64,000 nt of DNA from an uncultured Thermoleophilaceae bacterium (GTDB taxonomy: Bacteria; Actinomycetota; Thermoleophilia; Solirubrobacterales; Thermoleophilaceae): assembly GCA_963820315.1 (NCBI GenBank), contig CAWFZK010000046.1, positions 6,396 to 70,395 of the forward strand, given 5' to 3'. Each line of letters starts with the position of its first letter. Position 1 is the first letter of the stretch. Positions 10,397 through 18,525 of the stretch are shown in pieces. Below the pieces are notes generated by a model. The model made no database searches. It saw only the letters and a program-made list of their open reading frames with translations, and was not told the origin of the DNA. The translations under genes were made by a program, and so were the position numbers.

Positions 10397-10708
10397 CTAC
10401 GGCACGTTCGGATTGACCCCCGGGTCGGGCGAGGGCTGGTTGTCGTGCACGCCGTGCTCGAGGTGCGGCGGCTCCGGCTCGGGGCCGTCGAGGTCGTTGG
10501 CCGGGTCGGGCACCTCGCTGTCAGCGAGCGGCTCGGCCCCGGCGCGCCTGAGGCGGAGCGCGCCCCAGCACTCGTCGAGCTCCTTGCGCACCGAATGCAG
10601 CCGCTTGTGCTCGGTGTCGGTGAGGCCGCCGGACTCACTCGCTCGCCAGAGCCGGTGCTCCTCCTCGACAAGCGCCTCGATGCGGTCGAGTACAGGTTGG
10701 TCGTTCAT
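10397..10708 (-). CDS. DUF2630 family protein
   Basis: 103 aa. The LDRIEALVEEEHRLW...LTDTEHKRLHSVRKELDECW pattern matches DUF2630. Its stop abuts the ltrA stop with 0 nt between. Confidence 0.8.
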   Translation of the reverse strand: MNDQPVLDRIEALVEEEHRLWRASESGGLTDTEHKRLHSVRKELDECWGALRLRRAGAEPLADSEVPDPANDLDGPEPEPPHLEHGVHDNQPSPDPGVNPNVP

Positions 10709-10785
10709 GCGTGGAGGGTAGTTCCAACGGCATGGATTACCGCGTGCTCAAGGCAGCCGACGCCTTCTGGCGCTACCCGGACGCC

Positions 10786-10817
10786 CGAAGGCGCCTCCCC
10801 CGGAGCTCGAAGGCGCC
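10786..10817. promoter_or_regulatory. direct repeat CGAAGGCGCC x2 (22-nt period) in the 161-nt intergenic region; candidate operator
   Basis: Exact 10-mers at 10786-10795 and 10808-10817. A partial inverted copy (ACGCCTTC) lies at about 10760. Located between divergent starts 10708 and 10870. Confidence 0.35.
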
Positions 10818-10869
10818 AAGTAGCGCCGCCCGCGTTTCCCGGCGCAGCCGCGTCGGGTATGGCCCAGGC

Positions 10870-11775
10870 ATGCTTCGCAAGGCGCTACCCATCACCGTGC
10901 TCGCGCTCGCCCTGCTCGTACCGGCGGCACCCGCTGGATCCGGCGCGCAGAGCTCGATTCCGCTGCCGGCGGAGTTCCGCCCCGAGGGCATCGCCTCGGG
11001 CAAGGGCGACCGCTTCTACGTCGGCTCGATTCCACTCGGCGCCGTCTACAGCGGCTCCTACCGCACCGGCGAGGGCGCCGTGCTCGTGCCGCCGCATCCG
11101 GGCCGCAACCACACCGGGCTCAAGGTGGACACGCGCTTCGATCGCCTGTTCGTCTCGGGTGGAGAGTCGAAGGGCATCTACGTCTACGACGCGCGCACGG
11201 GCGCGGATGTCGCGACCTTCCCGCTGCCCGACGCAGGCTTCGTCAACGACGTCGTCCTCACTCACAACGCCGCCTACTTCACCGACTCGCTCGTGCCTCA
11301 GCTCTACCGGGTGGGCATCCGGCGCAATGGCGAGCTGACGCCGCCGCAGCGCATCACCTACTCGGGCGACCTGCAGTTCACGACCGGCTTCAACGTCAAC
11401 GGCATCGACACGCTCTCGAACGGGCGCCGGCTCGTCGTGGTGCAGAGCAACACCGGCAAGCTGTTCAGCGTCAACGGCCGCACCGGTGTGACGCGCGAGA
11501 TCACACTCGACCAGCCGCTGCCGATGGGCGACGGCATCCTGCGCCGCGGCAGCACGCTGTACGTGGTCCAGAACCGGATCAACCGCATCGCCGCGGTCAA
11601 GCTCGACCAGCGCGAGCGAAGCGGAGTCGTGCGCCGCTTCCTGACCGACCCGCGCTTCGATGTTCCGACGACCATCGCGCCATTCAAGGACTTCATCTAC
11701 GCCGTCAACGCGCGCTTCGGCCTGCCGGACGACGATGACGACGACATAGTGCGCGTGCGCGACTCGCACCATTAG
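10870..11775 (+). CDS. secreted beta-propeller-like protein (SMP-30/gluconolactonase/LRE-like fold suspected)
   Basis: ATG at 10870 inside ORF 10711-11775 gives the signal peptide MLRKALPITVLALALLVPAAPAGSGA. Repeated strand-rich blades follow, with a poly-Asp near the C-terminus. Confidence 0.6.
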   Translation: MLRKALPITVLALALLVPAAPAGSGAQSSIPLPAEFRPEGIASGKGDRFYVGSIPLGAVYSGSYRTGEGAVLVPPHPGRNHTGLKVDTRFDRLFVSGGESKGIYVYDARTGADVATFPLPDAGFVNDVVLTHNAAYFTDSLVPQLYRVGIRRNGELTPPQRITYSGDLQFTTGFNVNGIDTLSNGRRLVVVQSNTGKLFSVNGRTGVTREITLDQPLPMGDGILRRGSTLYVVQNRINRIAAVKLDQRERSGVVRRFLTDPRFDVPTTIAPFKDFIYAVNARFGLPDDDDDDIVRVRDSHH

Positions 11776-11785
11776 GATCGCCCCC

Positions 11786-12871
11786 ATGGGCAGGGCACGG
11801 CGTCTCGCGACGATCCTCGCGCTCGTCTCGGTCGCCGTGCTCGGCACGGCGGACGCGAGCGCGGCCAAGACCGTATGGCTGTGTAAGCCGGGGCTCAAGG
11901 CGAACCCCTGCATGCCGAGCCTGTCGACCACGGTCTTCTCGCCCACGGGGCAGGTGCTGCGCACCGAGCACCCGCGCAGGGTCAGGCGGCCGAAGTTCGA
12001 CTGCTTCTACGTCTACCCGACCGTCTCCGACCAGCCGACCCTGCAGGCCAACCGCCGCATCGACCCCGAGCTGCGCTCGATCGCGCTCTACCAGGCGGCG
12101 CGCTACTCGCAGGACTGCCGGGTGTACGCGCCGGTCTACCGGCAGCTCACGACCAGCGGAATCCTGAGCCCGGACACGTCGCCGCAGATGCGCGCGCGGG
12201 CGTACGGCGACGTGCGCGAGGCCTGGCACACCTACCTGCGCCGCTTCAACCGCGGCCGCGGCGTGGTGCTGATCAGCCATTCGCAGGGCACCTTCGTGCT
12301 GCGCGAGCTCGTCAGACGCGAGATCGACCGGAGGCCGGCGGTGCGCCGGCGGCTGATCTCGGCGCTGCTACTCGGCGGAAACGTCATGTCCGGTGAGTTC
12401 AGGAACGTGCCGGCCTGCCGCGCGGAGCGCCAGCTCGGCTGCGTCATCGCCTTCTCGGCCTACGGCGGACCGGTGCCGAAGGACTCGCTCTTCGGCCAGC
12501 CCCAGGACGGTCACGAGGCGATCTGCACGAACCCGGCCGCGCTCGGCGGCGGCTCCGCCCCCATCGACCCTGTCTTCCCGGGTGTGCCGTTCGCGCCGGG
12601 CACCAGCATCGGCGCGCTCACCATCGCCACCGGCGCGCCCATGCCGAGCGTGCGCACCGCCTGGCGCTCGTTCCCGGGGAGCTACAGCGCGCGCTGTTCG
12701 AAAGCGGACGGCGCCAGCGTGCTCCAGGTCTCGCCGCGCGGCGGGGCGACGCCGCTCAATGCCGTCCCGACGCCGAACTGGGGCCTGCACGTGACAGACG
12801 CCAACATCGCCCTCGGCAACCTCATCGAGCTGGTGCGCCACCAGGCGCGCAGCTACCTGCGCAGCCGCTGA
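11786..12871 (+). CDS. DUF3089-like secreted alpha/beta-hydrolase-fold protein
   Basis: 361 aa. Signal peptide, FDCFYVYPTVS and VVLISHSQGT (nucleophile-elbow-like HSQG) are typical of DUF3089. Confidence 0.75.
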   Translation: MGRARRLATILALVSVAVLGTADASAAKTVWLCKPGLKANPCMPSLSTTVFSPTGQVLRTEHPRRVRRPKFDCFYVYPTVSDQPTLQANRRIDPELRSIALYQAARYSQDCRVYAPVYRQLTTSGILSPDTSPQMRARAYGDVREAWHTYLRRFNRGRGVVLISHSQGTFVLRELVRREIDRRPAVRRRLISALLLGGNVMSGEFRNVPACRAERQLGCVIAFSAYGGPVPKDSLFGQPQDGHEAICTNPAALGGGSAPIDPVFPGVPFAPGTSIGALTIATGAPMPSVRTAWRSFPGSYSARCSKADGASVLQVSPRGGATPLNAVPTPNWGLHVTDANIALGNLIELVRHQARSYLRSR

Positions 12872-12872
12872 G

Positions 12873-13220
12873 ATGGGCCGTCGCAGCCGGCGCCGCGAGG
12901 GAAAGGGCAAGGCGCCTCGCTCGACCACGGATTACACCGACGCCGAGGGCAACGTGCTCACGCTGCGCGACGAGCTGAGCGCGGGGACGCGGGCGAAGCT
13001 CGACGCGCTCGAGGCGAAGCCGGCCGCGAGCGCCGAGGACCGCTGGCAGCGCCGCGGCGAGTTCCTCTTCGAGCGCCTGGCGGTGCGCTGGGAGATCAGC
13101 GGGCTGCCGCTCGAGGGGCAGCGCGAGCTGCTCGGGCGCTACCGGATGGCGAGCGTGGACGAACGGCGCTGGGTGCGCGAGGTGCTCGACGAGCACCTGC
13201 GCACCCATATGCCGAGTTGA
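12873..13220 (+). CDS. hypothetical protein
   Basis: 115 aa, high GC3. ATG lies 1 nt after the upstream stop. No family recognised. Confidence 0.5.
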   Translation: MGRRSRRREGKGKAPRSTTDYTDAEGNVLTLRDELSAGTRAKLDALEAKPAASAEDRWQRRGEFLFERLAVRWEISGLPLEGQRELLGRYRMASVDERRWVREVLDEHLRTHMPS

Positions 13221-14162
13221 TTACCTGGCCGTGGCCAGCTTGATGCGGAAGCCCGTCGGGCTGCCGGGCCCGCGCGAGAAGCCCGCGGTCCGGGCGTTCA
13301 CGACCCACGGCGACGGCAGGTCGCCGGTCGGGTCGTCCAGGAACTGGTCGAACAGCCGCGTCGACTGCGAGCAGCTGAGCCTGCCCCGCACCCAGACGTT
13401 GTAGGTGCCCTTGGGCAGGACGAGCCGTCCGATGCTGTCGTTGTGGAGCACGCGGAAGGTCGGGCAGCGCGTCTCCCCGCGGACCGGGTAACGACCGCCG
13501 CTCGAGCCGCCGCCGTCGTCGACGTACGGCTTGATCCGGAAGCCGATGTGGCGGCTCCCCCGCATGAAGCTGCCCGTGGTCGGGTCGACGAACCACGGCC
13601 GCGGCAGGATGCCGTCGAAGTCCTGCAGGAACTGGGCGAGCAGCGTGGACGCCCGCGAGCAGCTGGGGCCGGAGTAGCCGAGCAGCGTTATCCGATAGCG
13701 GCCCTTCGGGATCGAGAAGCTGCCGATGTGGTCGTTGTGCAGCACCGTGAAGTAGCCGGCGCAGACGCGGCTCGAGGGCGGGTGTGGCGGGTTGGGCGGG
13801 ATCGGCGGGGTCGGCTGTCCCTGCGTGATGCGGAAGCCGACGCTGCTGCCGCGACCGGCGCGGAAGGTGCGCGTCGCGTTGTCCGCCACCCACGGGCGGG
13901 GCAGGCGCCCGTCCCAGTCCTCGAGGAACTGGCTCAAGAGATGTGATGCCTCCGTGCAGCCCATCGTCGCTGTGTCGAGCACGGTGATCGTGTAGGGGCC
14001 GGCCGGGAGCTGCATCGCGCCGATGCGGTCGTTGTGCAGCACCTCGAAGGAGCCAGGGCAGGTGGCTTCGGCCGCTGAGGCCGACGGGGCGAGTGCGAGG
14101 GCCAGAGCGGCCGTCGCGACAAGCCCCGTGAGAGTCCGTTTGATTGGGGTCATGGGCCGCAC
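13221..14162 (-). CDS. secreted protein with three tandem ~75-aa two-Cys domains
   Basis: 313 aa with signal peptide (ALALALAPSASA). The repeated unit is C-x4-VLHND-IG-x3-P-G-Y-x-[IV]-...-C-...-L-x2-FL-D-...-LP-PW-...-GFRI, at residues 35-112, 134-210 and 233-307. Confidence 0.75.
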   Translation of the reverse strand: MRPMTPIKRTLTGLVATAALALALAPSASAAEATCPGSFEVLHNDRIGAMQLPAGPYTITVLDTATMGCTEASHLLSQFLEDWDGRLPRPWVADNATRTFRAGRGSSVGFRITQGQPTPPIPPNPPHPPSSRVCAGYFTVLHNDHIGSFSIPKGRYRITLLGYSGPSCSRASTLLAQFLQDFDGILPRPWFVDPTTGSFMRGSRHIGFRIKPYVDDGGGSSGGRYPVRGETRCPTFRVLHNDSIGRLVLPKGTYNVWVRGRLSCSQSTRLFDQFLDDPTGDLPSPWVVNARTAGFSRGPGSPTGFRIKLATAR

Positions 14163-14195
14163 CCTAAGGGATGGGACCGCGACGCCCGCGAGCGA

Positions 14196-15041
14196 TTAAC
14201 CGGCGCCCAACACGGGCTCGGGCGGCTCCATCCCCGCCGCCTGGCGGGCGTCGCGGCCGGCCGCGGACACGAGCGTCGCCGCGTGCCGGACCGCTCCGGC
14301 GATCGCGAGCAGCGGCGCGGGCGGCTCGATGCGCACGTCGACCTCCGCCGGCGGCTCAGGCCTGGGCGCGGGCGGCGGCGCGCTCCGCGCCCTGCGCGCG
14401 GGGGCCGGGATCCCGGTCGCCTCGCCGCCGCGTCCACCGCAGCTCCGCACCGCGTCGGCGATCAGGCGGCCGCGCAGCGCATAGCCCTCCGGCCGGGCGT
14501 GGACGCCGTCGTCGTAGAGGATCCCCGGCGTGCTGGTGGCGACGCCGTACCAGTCGACGAGCTGGACGCCCGGGTTGTCGAGCGCGAATCGCTCGAGCGC
14601 GGCGTTCATGCCGTCGACGCTGAAGCCGTTGTAGGGCGGGCGCAGCACGGTGGCGACGACGAGGCAGCGGTCGCCGGTCGCGGCGCGCGCCGCCTGCAGG
14701 TTCGCGTAGAAGGCGTCGGGATTGCTCGGGTCGTCGTTCGTGCCCATGTCGAAGACGACGACGGTGTGCTCCGGGCTCAGCCTCGCACGCAGCGCCTCGA
14801 GACCCTCCGCGCTCCGGCGGCTCTGGCGGTCGTCCGATTCGACCGGGATGGCTCCCAGCTGCTGCTCCAGGTAGGGCCCCGTCCCCACCTGGAGGCTGTC
14901 CCCGATCACGAGAACGCTTCCGGCCCCGGTTTGGGCGGTCGCGGGCCCGCCCGTGAGAAGCACGGCCGCTGCGCCAGCCAGAATCATCGCCGTGAGTTTC
15001 CCCACAATCGAGTTCGCGGCCTTCTTCGTGGTCGTGTTCAT
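14196..15041 (-). CDS. secreted SGNH/GDSL hydrolase-acyltransferase family protein with Pro/Ala-rich C-terminal extension
   Basis: ORF 14196-15059. ATG at 15041 gives a Lys-rich n-region plus hydrophobic core. Block I VLVIGDSL, block III MGTNDD, block V DGVHARPEG. Alternative start at 14987. Confidence 0.75.
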   Translation of the reverse strand: MNTTTKKAANSIVGKLTAMILAGAAAVLLTGGPATAQTGAGSVLVIGDSLQVGTGPYLEQQLGAIPVESDDRQSRRSAEGLEALRARLSPEHTVVVFDMGTNDDPSNPDAFYANLQAARAATGDRCLVVATVLRPPYNGFSVDGMNAALERFALDNPGVQLVDWYGVATSTPGILYDDGVHARPEGYALRGRLIADAVRSCGGRGGEATGIPAPARRARSAPPPAPRPEPPAEVDVRIEPPAPLLAIAGAVRHAATLVSAAGRDARQAAGMEPPEPVLGAG

Positions 15042-16392
15042 CGTCTCCTGGGCGCTCATGCCTCACCCGAGAGCATGGCGGCCGTTCATCCTGCTCGCGT
15101 CATACGTCTTCTACGGGTGGGTGGACTGGCGCTGGGTCCTGCTCCTGATCGGGTCGAGTGTCGTCAACACGTTCGCGGCCCAGGTGATTGCGCGCTCGGA
15201 GTCGCAGGTCGCGCGCAAGCGCGCGCTCGTCCTCGCGGTCACGTTCGACCTGGCGCTTCTGGGCACCTTCAAGTACTTCGGCTTTTTCGTCGACGAATTC
15301 AACTCCCTTCTTGATGGCGTCGGCCTCGGGTCGCCGCTCCCGATCGTCCAGATCGTCCTGCCGATCGGCATCTCGTTCTTCACCTTCCAGGCGATCTCGT
15401 ACGTGGTCGACGTCTACCGCGGCGAGACGCGCGCGGCGTCGCTCATGGACGTCGCGATCCTGCAGGCGTTCTTCCCCCACCTGGTCGCCGGGCCGATCGT
15501 CCGCGCGAACGAGCTGCTGCCGCAGCTGCGCACGCCGCGCGATCCGCGCGCGGTGCTCGCCGGCCCCGGCCTCTTCCTGATCGCCGGCGGGCTGCTCAAG
15601 AAGACGGTCATCGCGGACGAGCTCGCGCGCCAGGTGGTCGACCCGGTCTACAACGATCCCGTCGCCCACTCCGGCGGCGAGATCCTGCTCGCCTTCTACG
15701 CCTTCGCCGCCCAGATCTACTGCGACTTCTCCGGCTACACGGACATGGCGATCGGCATCGCCCTGCTGCTCGGCTTCCAGCTCCCGCAGAACTTCAACCG
15801 TCCCTACACGGCGCTGTCGCTCCAGGATTTCTGGCGACGCTGGCACATCACGCTCTCGCGCTGGCTGCGCGACTACCTCTACATCCCGCTCGGCGGCAAT
15901 CGCAAGGGCGAGGGCAAGACCTATCGCAACCTGATGATCACGATGCTGCTCGGCGGGTTCTGGCACGGCGCGTCGTTCACCTTCCTGTTCTGGGGCGGCA
16001 TCCACGGCACCGCCCTCTCGATTGAGCGCTGGGGCCGCACGCATCACCCCGGCTTCCGGCTGCCGAAATGGCTTGCGTGGTTCGTGACCTTCAATGTCGT
16101 ATGCGTTGCCTGGGTCTTCTTCCGCGCCCCCAACCTCTCGACTGCGTTCGACATCCTGGGCGGGATCGGGCTCTCCGGGCCGTCCCCGCTCGTCACGCTC
16201 CCTATGGTGTTCCTCGTCGTTGCGGCGATCGCCGTGCAGTTCTTCCCGCAGGACATGTGGAGGCGCGCGGAGGCCTGGCTCGTCGCGCGTCCGGTGGCAT
16301 TCCAGGGGATCGCCATCGGCGCGCTGATCGTCGCCGCCGACGCCGCCGTCGGCCAGCAGGGCGTCGCACCCTTCATCTACTTCCAGTTCTGA
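14992..16392 (+). CDS. MBOAT family O-acyltransferase (AlgI/DltB/PatA-like)
   Basis: GTG at 14992 gives VSFPTIEFAAFF, the typical MBOAT N-terminus. Conserved FWRRWHITLSRWLRDYLYIPLGGNR with the catalytic His region, and GGFWHGAS. Confidence 0.9.
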   Translation: MSFPTIEFAAFFVVVFIVSWALMPHPRAWRPFILLASYVFYGWVDWRWVLLLIGSSVVNTFAAQVIARSESQVARKRALVLAVTFDLALLGTFKYFGFFVDEFNSLLDGVGLGSPLPIVQIVLPIGISFFTFQAISYVVDVYRGETRAASLMDVAILQAFFPHLVAGPIVRANELLPQLRTPRDPRAVLAGPGLFLIAGGLLKKTVIADELARQVVDPVYNDPVAHSGGEILLAFYAFAAQIYCDFSGYTDMAIGIALLLGFQLPQNFNRPYTALSLQDFWRRWHITLSRWLRDYLYIPLGGNRKGEGKTYRNLMITMLLGGFWHGASFTFLFWGGIHGTALSIERWGRTHHPGFRLPKWLAWFVTFNVVCVAWVFFRAPNLSTAFDILGGIGLSGPSPLVTLPMVFLVVAAIAVQFFPQDMWRRAEAWLVARPVAFQGIAIGALIVAADAAVGQQGVAPFIYFQF

Positions 16393-16395
16393 CCC

Positions 16396-17391
16396 ATGGA
16401 CCCCAAGCGCAACCGAGACCTCATGATGCCCGCGGGCCGGGTGCTCGGCGTCATGCTGATCGCGCTCGGGATCGCGGCGCTGTTCAACTCAGAGGCGATC
16501 GTGCGCGCCGGCGAGGGCATGAAGCAGGGGACGACGCGCGACATCGTGCTCTCCGTCGCGCGGCCGCTCGACGACGTGGCCGGGGCGATCGGGCTGCACC
16601 TGCCGCGCGAGGGGCTCGACCTCGCCTTCGGGCAGGAGGACAAGACCGGCTCGGGCACGGAGCTCGAGGAGGGCTCGACGGCGATCCTGCGCCGGGGCGG
16701 GGCGAGCCAGGAGCGGCGACAGGCGCCCTCCTTCCGGCAACCCACTCGGCAAGACCCGATCGAGGTGCTCGTGACCGGCGACTCGGAGGCCGAGTTCCTC
16801 GGCCAGCGCCTCACCGACCAGGCGAAGCCGGGCCTGCTCGAGGTGGAGACGGTCGCCCAGAACGCCACCGGGCTCACCAATCCCGACTTCTTCAACTGGG
16901 AGATCAATGCCCAGCAAGAGATGGACTCGCGCGACCCGGATGCCGTCGTGATGGCGATCGGCGGCAACGACGGCTTCAACGTCGAGGCGGGCGGGCAGCT
17001 GTACGGCCCGAGCGACCCCGAGTGGCAGACCGAATTCGCTCGCCGCGTGGCGGTCGTGGCGAAGACGTTCAGCGGCGACGGCAAGCGGCCCGTCTACTGG
17101 GTGCCGCCGCCGACGGCGCGGGACGGCGACCTGAACTCGATCTACGCGACCCAGAACCGCGCCGTCGAGCAGGCCGTGGCGGCCGTGCCGGGGCTGCGCT
17201 ACGTCGACGTGTACTCGACGCTCGCGGGCGGCAAGTACTCGGACAGCCTCCGGATCGACGGGCGCAAGGTGCTCGCGCGGCAGTCGGATGGCGTGCACTT
17301 CTCGCGCGAGGGGGCGGTCGCTCCGGCGCGGCTCGTGCTCGACCAGATGGCCAAGGACTACCCGGCGCTCGACGAGAAGGACGGGCCATGA
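16396..17391 (+). CDS. DUF459-type SGNH-fold protein, membrane anchored
   Basis: 331 aa with N-terminal TM (VLGVMLIALGIAALF). VLVTGDSEAEF, AIGGNDG and SDGVHFSREG blocks. Starts 4 nt after the MBOAT stop. Confidence 0.8.
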   Translation: MDPKRNRDLMMPAGRVLGVMLIALGIAALFNSEAIVRAGEGMKQGTTRDIVLSVARPLDDVAGAIGLHLPREGLDLAFGQEDKTGSGTELEEGSTAILRRGGASQERRQAPSFRQPTRQDPIEVLVTGDSEAEFLGQRLTDQAKPGLLEVETVAQNATGLTNPDFFNWEINAQQEMDSRDPDAVVMAIGGNDGFNVEAGGQLYGPSDPEWQTEFARRVAVVAKTFSGDGKRPVYWVPPPTARDGDLNSIYATQNRAVEQAVAAVPGLRYVDVYSTLAGGKYSDSLRIDGRKVLARQSDGVHFSREGAVAPARLVLDQMAKDYPALDEKDGP

Positions 17392-17972
17392 GGCGCTTGG
17401 TGTTGGTCGCCCTCCTGGTCCTGCTACTCGCGCCGGCTGCGCCTTCGGCCGCTCTGCCGGTGGACGCGTCGCGCACGCGCAGCCTGCTCGTGAACGGCGA
17501 CTCGCTCGCCGTCGGCACGGCGCCCTACCTGCCGCGCGCGCTGCGGCGCTGGCGGGTCACCCAGTCCACGGCGATCAGCCGCCACGCCTTCGAGGGCGCC
17601 TCGATCATGCGCGCCTATGGGCGCAACCTGCCGCGCGTGATCCACGTGAGCCTGGGGACGAACGACGACCCGCGCAGCCTGTCGGGGTTCCAGGCCGCGA
17701 TCCGCGAGGTCATGGCGGTGGCCGGGCCGCGTCGCTGCGTGGTCTGGGCGAACATCGTGCGGCCGCCGGTCGCGGGCGCGAGCTACGCCGGCTACAACCG
17801 CGTGCTGCGGGAGGAGTCGAAGCCGCGCGAGAACCTGCGCGTCGTCGACTGGGCCCGCATGGTCCGCCAGAACCCCGGCTGGCTGGCGGGCGACGGCGTC
17901 CACGTCTCCGCCACGGGCTACCAGTACCGGGCGAGCCGGATCGCCGAGTCGGTGCGCCGCTGTCACAACTGA
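17388..17972 (+). CDS. secreted SGNH hydrolase family protein
   Basis: ATG at 17388 (ATGA overlap with the upstream stop), in frame inside shadow ORF 16068-17972. Signal MRRLVLVALLVLLLAPAAPSAA. LLVNGDSLAVG, SLGTNDD and GDGVHVSATG blocks. Confidence 0.75.
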   Translation: MRRLVLVALLVLLLAPAAPSAALPVDASRTRSLLVNGDSLAVGTAPYLPRALRRWRVTQSTAISRHAFEGASIMRAYGRNLPRVIHVSLGTNDDPRSLSGFQAAIREVMAVAGPRRCVVWANIVRPPVAGASYAGYNRVLREESKPRENLRVVDWARMVRQNPGWLAGDGVHVSATGYQYRASRIAESVRRCHN

Positions 17973-17979
17973 GCGCTGC

Positions 17980-18507
17980 TCAGTTGAGCGACGGATCGGT
18001 CGGCATCGTCGCGAGCAGCCGGTACTTGCCGCCCTTGCGAGCGAGCGCGTCCGACCAGAGGTCGCCGTCCACGAACGGGTCGTCGACGGCCGCGTCGGTG
18101 ACGATCCAGGCCTCCTCCTCGAGCTCGCCGTCGAGCTGGCCGGCGGACCAGCCCGCGTAGCCGGCGTAGACCCGCACACGCCGCAGGGAATCGTTCGTGC
18201 CGTCGGGGTCGAGCGTGCCGAGCGTGCCGACCACCTGCGTGCTCGCCTCCTCCGGGCGCTCGAAGTCGCCCAGCGCGACCACCGACTGCGGCGACACCGG
18301 CCCACCGAGCCGAACCGGCTGGTCCGCGCCCGGCAGGTCGGCGAGCGCGGGCACGGCGTCGGAGACGCGCGTCTCGGAGGTGCGGTTCAGCACCACGCCC
18401 ATGGCGCCGTCGGGCGTGTGCTCGAGCACGAGGATCACCGTGCGCCTGAAGTAGTCGAAGAGCGACGGCGCCGCGATCAGGAGCTGTCCGCGTTTGCTGT
18501 CCGGCAC
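17980..18507 (-). CDS. YqgE/AlgH family protein (UPF0301)
   Basis: 175 aa. LLIAAPSLFDYFRRTVILVLEH...GAMGVVLNR and YAGYAGWSAGQLDGELEEEAW are typical of the family. Confidence 0.9.
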   Translation of the reverse strand: MPDSKRGQLLIAAPSLFDYFRRTVILVLEHTPDGAMGVVLNRTSETRVSDAVPALADLPGADQPVRLGGPVSPQSVVALGDFERPEEASTQVVGTLGTLDPDGTNDSLRRVRVYAGYAGWSAGQLDGELEEEAWIVTDAAVDDPFVDGDLWSDALARKGGKYRLLATMPTDPSLN

Positions 18508-18525
18508 AGAGTTAGATTCTGCGGC

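Noticed and set aside
16068-17387. First 440 codons of ORF 16068-17972
   Set aside because: This part is Arg-rich and out of frame over the MBOAT and DUF459 genes. Only the last 194 codons, from ATG 17388, form an SGNH protein with a signal peptide.
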